Below, in pieces: positions 37,928 to 40,964 of a stretch of 40,964 bases of DNA. A program made the translations under genes and the position numbers. Where the stretch lies: assembly GCF_006345805.1 (NCBI RefSeq), contig NW_021835291.1, forward strand, positions 1 through 40,964, written 5' to 3'. A model generated the notes under the pieces. That model saw only the letters and a list, made by a program, of their open reading frames with translations. It was not told the DNA's origin and made no database searches. Every line of letters starts with the position of its first letter. The first letter of the stretch is position 1. Source of the stretch: Octopus sinensis. Its lineage: Eukaryota.

Positions 37928-38220
37928 GAGGCAATGGCCCAGCCGATTTGCGGTTATAGGATCGCGGTTTCGATTCCCAGACCTGGCGTTGTGAGCGTTT
38001 ATTGAGCGAAAACACCTAAAAGTTCCACGAAGCTCCGGTGAGGGGTGGTGGCGATCCCTGCTGTACTCTTTCGCCACAGCTTTCTCTCACTCTTTCTTCT
38101 GTTGGCCTGCTCGCTTAGCTAGCGGGGTGGCGTCATTTGAAGGCTAAAACAATGCGAAGCGCATTGTGACCAGCGATGTGTAGCAGCATCTGATAGCCTG
38201 GTCGGTCAAGTAATCACGTG
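37928..38220 (+). mobile_element. Family B SINE, tail type 3
   Basis: Body TTTATTGAGCGAAAACACCTAAA...CTTTCTCTCACTCTTTCTTC shared with the other B copies, then a third unrelated 3' module ending ATCACGTG; head partly deleted. Confidence 0.78.
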
Positions 38221-39005
38221 TTGTGTCTGTGTGTATATGCGTAAGGGTGTGTGTGTCTGCATGTGTGCGTCTGTTTGTGTACGTGTGCGCGCGTATGTTT
38301 TAACTAACTTACCGCAATAGAGCATACGTGAAAAAATTTTAGATACACTTACATATATAATGTTTAATAAACTTAAATTTCATATCATAAATTTACAAAG
38401 CTTCTCTGCAGAACGGCCCGGAAATCAGCGCGAATAGTTTCGCCTGGTGCTTGCCAGCTCATCATAAGTTTACACGCCACTTCGTTCTATAAAAAAAAAA
38501 AGAATTAGCTTAGCGCTTGTAATGAAAACTTTCAAGGTAGAAATGCAGCAATTACACTCATTTTCATATACCTGCACAATCACTGGCACTGAGTTGATTA
38601 TTCATGGCGCCGAGGCAATGTGAGTGGGTGTGAGAAAATCGTAAATAAATTTACAAGCTCATATTTCATATACATCAAATTTTTCGGTGTATAAACATAC
38701 CCCGTGGTTAAGGTACAGATCTTTCTGCAGGGGGGAACAGAAAACAGATGGACTAGTTACGTCTGTGTGTTTGTCACGCTTCTTATAGCTTTATTCCTAC
38801 TTGTGAGTTTGTTTTCATAAACCACAGAACCAGGTGAAAATAGTCGAGCCGTTCGCAGGTAGGTTCTGCAGACAAGAGACTTGTGAGTTAGCCATAGACT
38901 CAGTTCACAAAAATGATCGTGAAGCGTGGTTACCAAATTTACGCGTCTGAAATTACGTGCAATACATACATACATACATACATACATACATAAAAATATA
39001 TGTAT

Positions 39006-39416
39006 AGGCGCAAGAGTGGCTGTGTGGTAAGTAGCTTGCTAACCAACCACATGGTTCCGGGTTCAGTCCCACTGCGTGGCATCTTGGGCAAGTGTCTTCT
39101 GCTATATCCCCGGGCCGACCAATGCCTTGTGAGTGGATTTAGTAGACGGAAACTGAAAGAAGCCTGTCGTATATATGTATATATATGTATGTGTGTGTAT
39201 AGGTTTGTGTGTCCGTGTTTGTCGCCCTAGCATTGCTTGACAACCGATGCTGGTGTGGTTACGTCCCCGTTACTTAGCGGTTCGGCAAAAGAGACCGATA
39301 GAATAAGTACTGGGCTTACAAAGAATAAGTCCCGGGATCCATTTGCTCGACTAAAGGCGGTACTCCAGCATGGCCGCAGTCAAATGACTGAAACAAGTAA
39401 AAGAGAGTAAAGAGAG
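39006..39416 (+). mobile_element. Family A SINE, full length
   Basis: Head, body, 3' stem-loop and tail all match family A. Confidence 0.92.
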
Positions 39417-39491
39417 GGTATATACATGCGCACACACTCACACACTGATATGGAATAGTGAGAATGAATGCTCGACATCTCATTGGTGCAT

Positions 39492-39735
39492 ACTCTCTCT
39501 TTACTCCTTTAATGTTTTACTTGTTTCAGTCATTTGACTGAGGCCATGCTGGAGCACCGCCTTTAGTCGAGCAAATCGACCCCAGGACTTATTCTTTGTA
39601 AGCCTACTACTTATTCTATTGGGGTCTTTTGCCGAACCACTAATGTACGGGGGGCCGTAAACACACTAGCATCGGTTGTCAAGTGATGTTGGGGGACAAA
39701 CACAGACACACAAATACACACACACACACACACAC

Positions 39736-39793
<58 letters not shown>

Positions 39794-39964
39794 TATACAT
39801 ACGTACGCGCTTCTTTCAGTTTCCGTCTACCAAATCCACTCACAAGGCTTTGGTCAGCCCGAGGCTATAGTAGAAGACACTTGCCGAAGGTTGCCACGCA
39901 GCGGGACTGAACCCGGAACCATGTGGTTGGTAAGCAAGCTACCTACCACACAGCCACTCCTGCG
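39492..39964 (-). mobile_element. Family A SINE, full length, with expanded internal (TA)n
   Basis: Reverse complement of family A; tail-to-tail with 39006-39416. Confidence 0.92.
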
Positions 39965-39974
39965 TATATATATA

Positions 39975-40964
39975 GTCCAAGTTAATGTTCGCGGTCCGAC
40001 GTCTCCAGTGCGAGCAGTGGCGTGCCTCAAGTTCAGTGCTTGGGCCCTTATTGTTCTAGTCTTCATAAATGACTTGCCCGACGACCTCACGCAAACCACC
40101 CTTCTATTTGCCGACGATATCAAACTGCTCGCTCCTCGCGGTGATATAGAGGATCTTCGTCGATACCTCCACCAAATTTGGAGGTGGTCTAACGAATGGG
40201 ACCTGTGTCTGAACGTGTCAAAGTGCTGTCATCTGCCTGTTGGCTCTCCTCCTGCAACTCAACTTGATTTCGAGCCGGGTTGTCTGCTGCTGGGGAGGAC
40301 CGATCAGGTAAAGGACCTGGGTATCTTTTCACCTTTTCACCTCCGGCCCAGTGCGTCCATGCTGCTAACAAAGCACGCGGAATTCTGTTCTTGATTCGAC
40401 GGTCATTCGGAATGCTCACAGCAGCCATATTCCTACCACTCTATGTCACGCTGGTGAGACCCATATTGGAGTACGGGATTCAAGCCTCTTCTCCTTATCT
40501 CCTCAAAGACATACAGCATCTCGAAAGAGTCCAGAAGCTGGCTACCCGCATGGTTCATGGTCTCAAAAATTTGTCCTATGAAGAAAAGGCTGAGGACGCT
40601 CGACCTTTATTCTCTAGAAAAAACGCCGCCGCCGTAGTGATCTCATTTCGCCCACAACATCATAAGCGGAAAAAGGTGTAACCTCTCGAAAGAGCTGTTA
40701 TTCACTCCTGCTCCAGAGCGTCGCTGCGGGCTGGCGGGGTCATTCCGAAAAGCTCTACCTGCGACGATTTCATCTCAATCGAAGGAGAGGAGCTTTCTCC
40801 GTCCGGGTTGCGGATCCGCGGAACAAGCTGCCAGACGAGATGGTGAAGATACCGACAACGCTTTGCTCAAAGCCTTCCTTGACCTCAAGTGGCCTGAACT
40901 CTTTACATGAACACCACCCTGTACTTAAACTCCGTGTCCCCTACATGGCCTGCTATTTGCTTTT
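39975..40964 (+). mobile_element. Second CR1-group LINE fragment (C-terminal RT and downstream domain), frameshifted, runs to the window edge
   Basis: Frameshifted GVPQxSVLGPLLF region, then FINDLPDD, LFADDIKL, VKDLGI, LYVTLVRPILEY, LERVQKLATRMV. Sequence clearly differs from, and is more GC-rich than, the 19976-22828 element. Confidence 0.9.

Overview
This is eukaryotic non-coding DNA (intron or intergenic): AT-rich, saturated with microsatellites and packed with transposable-element relics. The SINE families and microsatellite density point to an octopod cephalopod (Octopus-like); this is an inference from recalled family patterns, not a database search. I find no intact host gene, structural RNA gene, CRISPR array or prokaryotic feature, and nearly all listed ORFs are microsatellite or repeat artefacts. 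Recognisable elements: a decayed 5'-truncated CR1-group LINE (about 19.98-22.83 kb), a second CR1-group RT fragment at the right edge, a 5'-inverted RTE/BovB-like insertion with a TSD, R4/Dong-like fragments, two short Helitron-type elements, Penelope-like fold-back ends (one with a nearly intact type I hammerhead ribozyme), a mariner-derived relic with three tandem HTH-linker modules, and about 20 copies or fragments of tRNA-derived SINEs in five working families (A, B, C, D, M). The most interesting signals are (i) a (TAA)n-targeted, 5'-staggered non-coding retroelement family clustered with R4/Dong pieces, (ii) SINEs occurring as head plus n x 184-bp multimers, (iii) a covarying 3' stem-loop shared by the LINE and SINE A, (iv) the hammerhead fold-back, (v) the triple-HTH mariner and (vi) a minisatellite of overlapping STAT-like and kB-like motifs. 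None is proven novel; each needs library or genome-wide checks.
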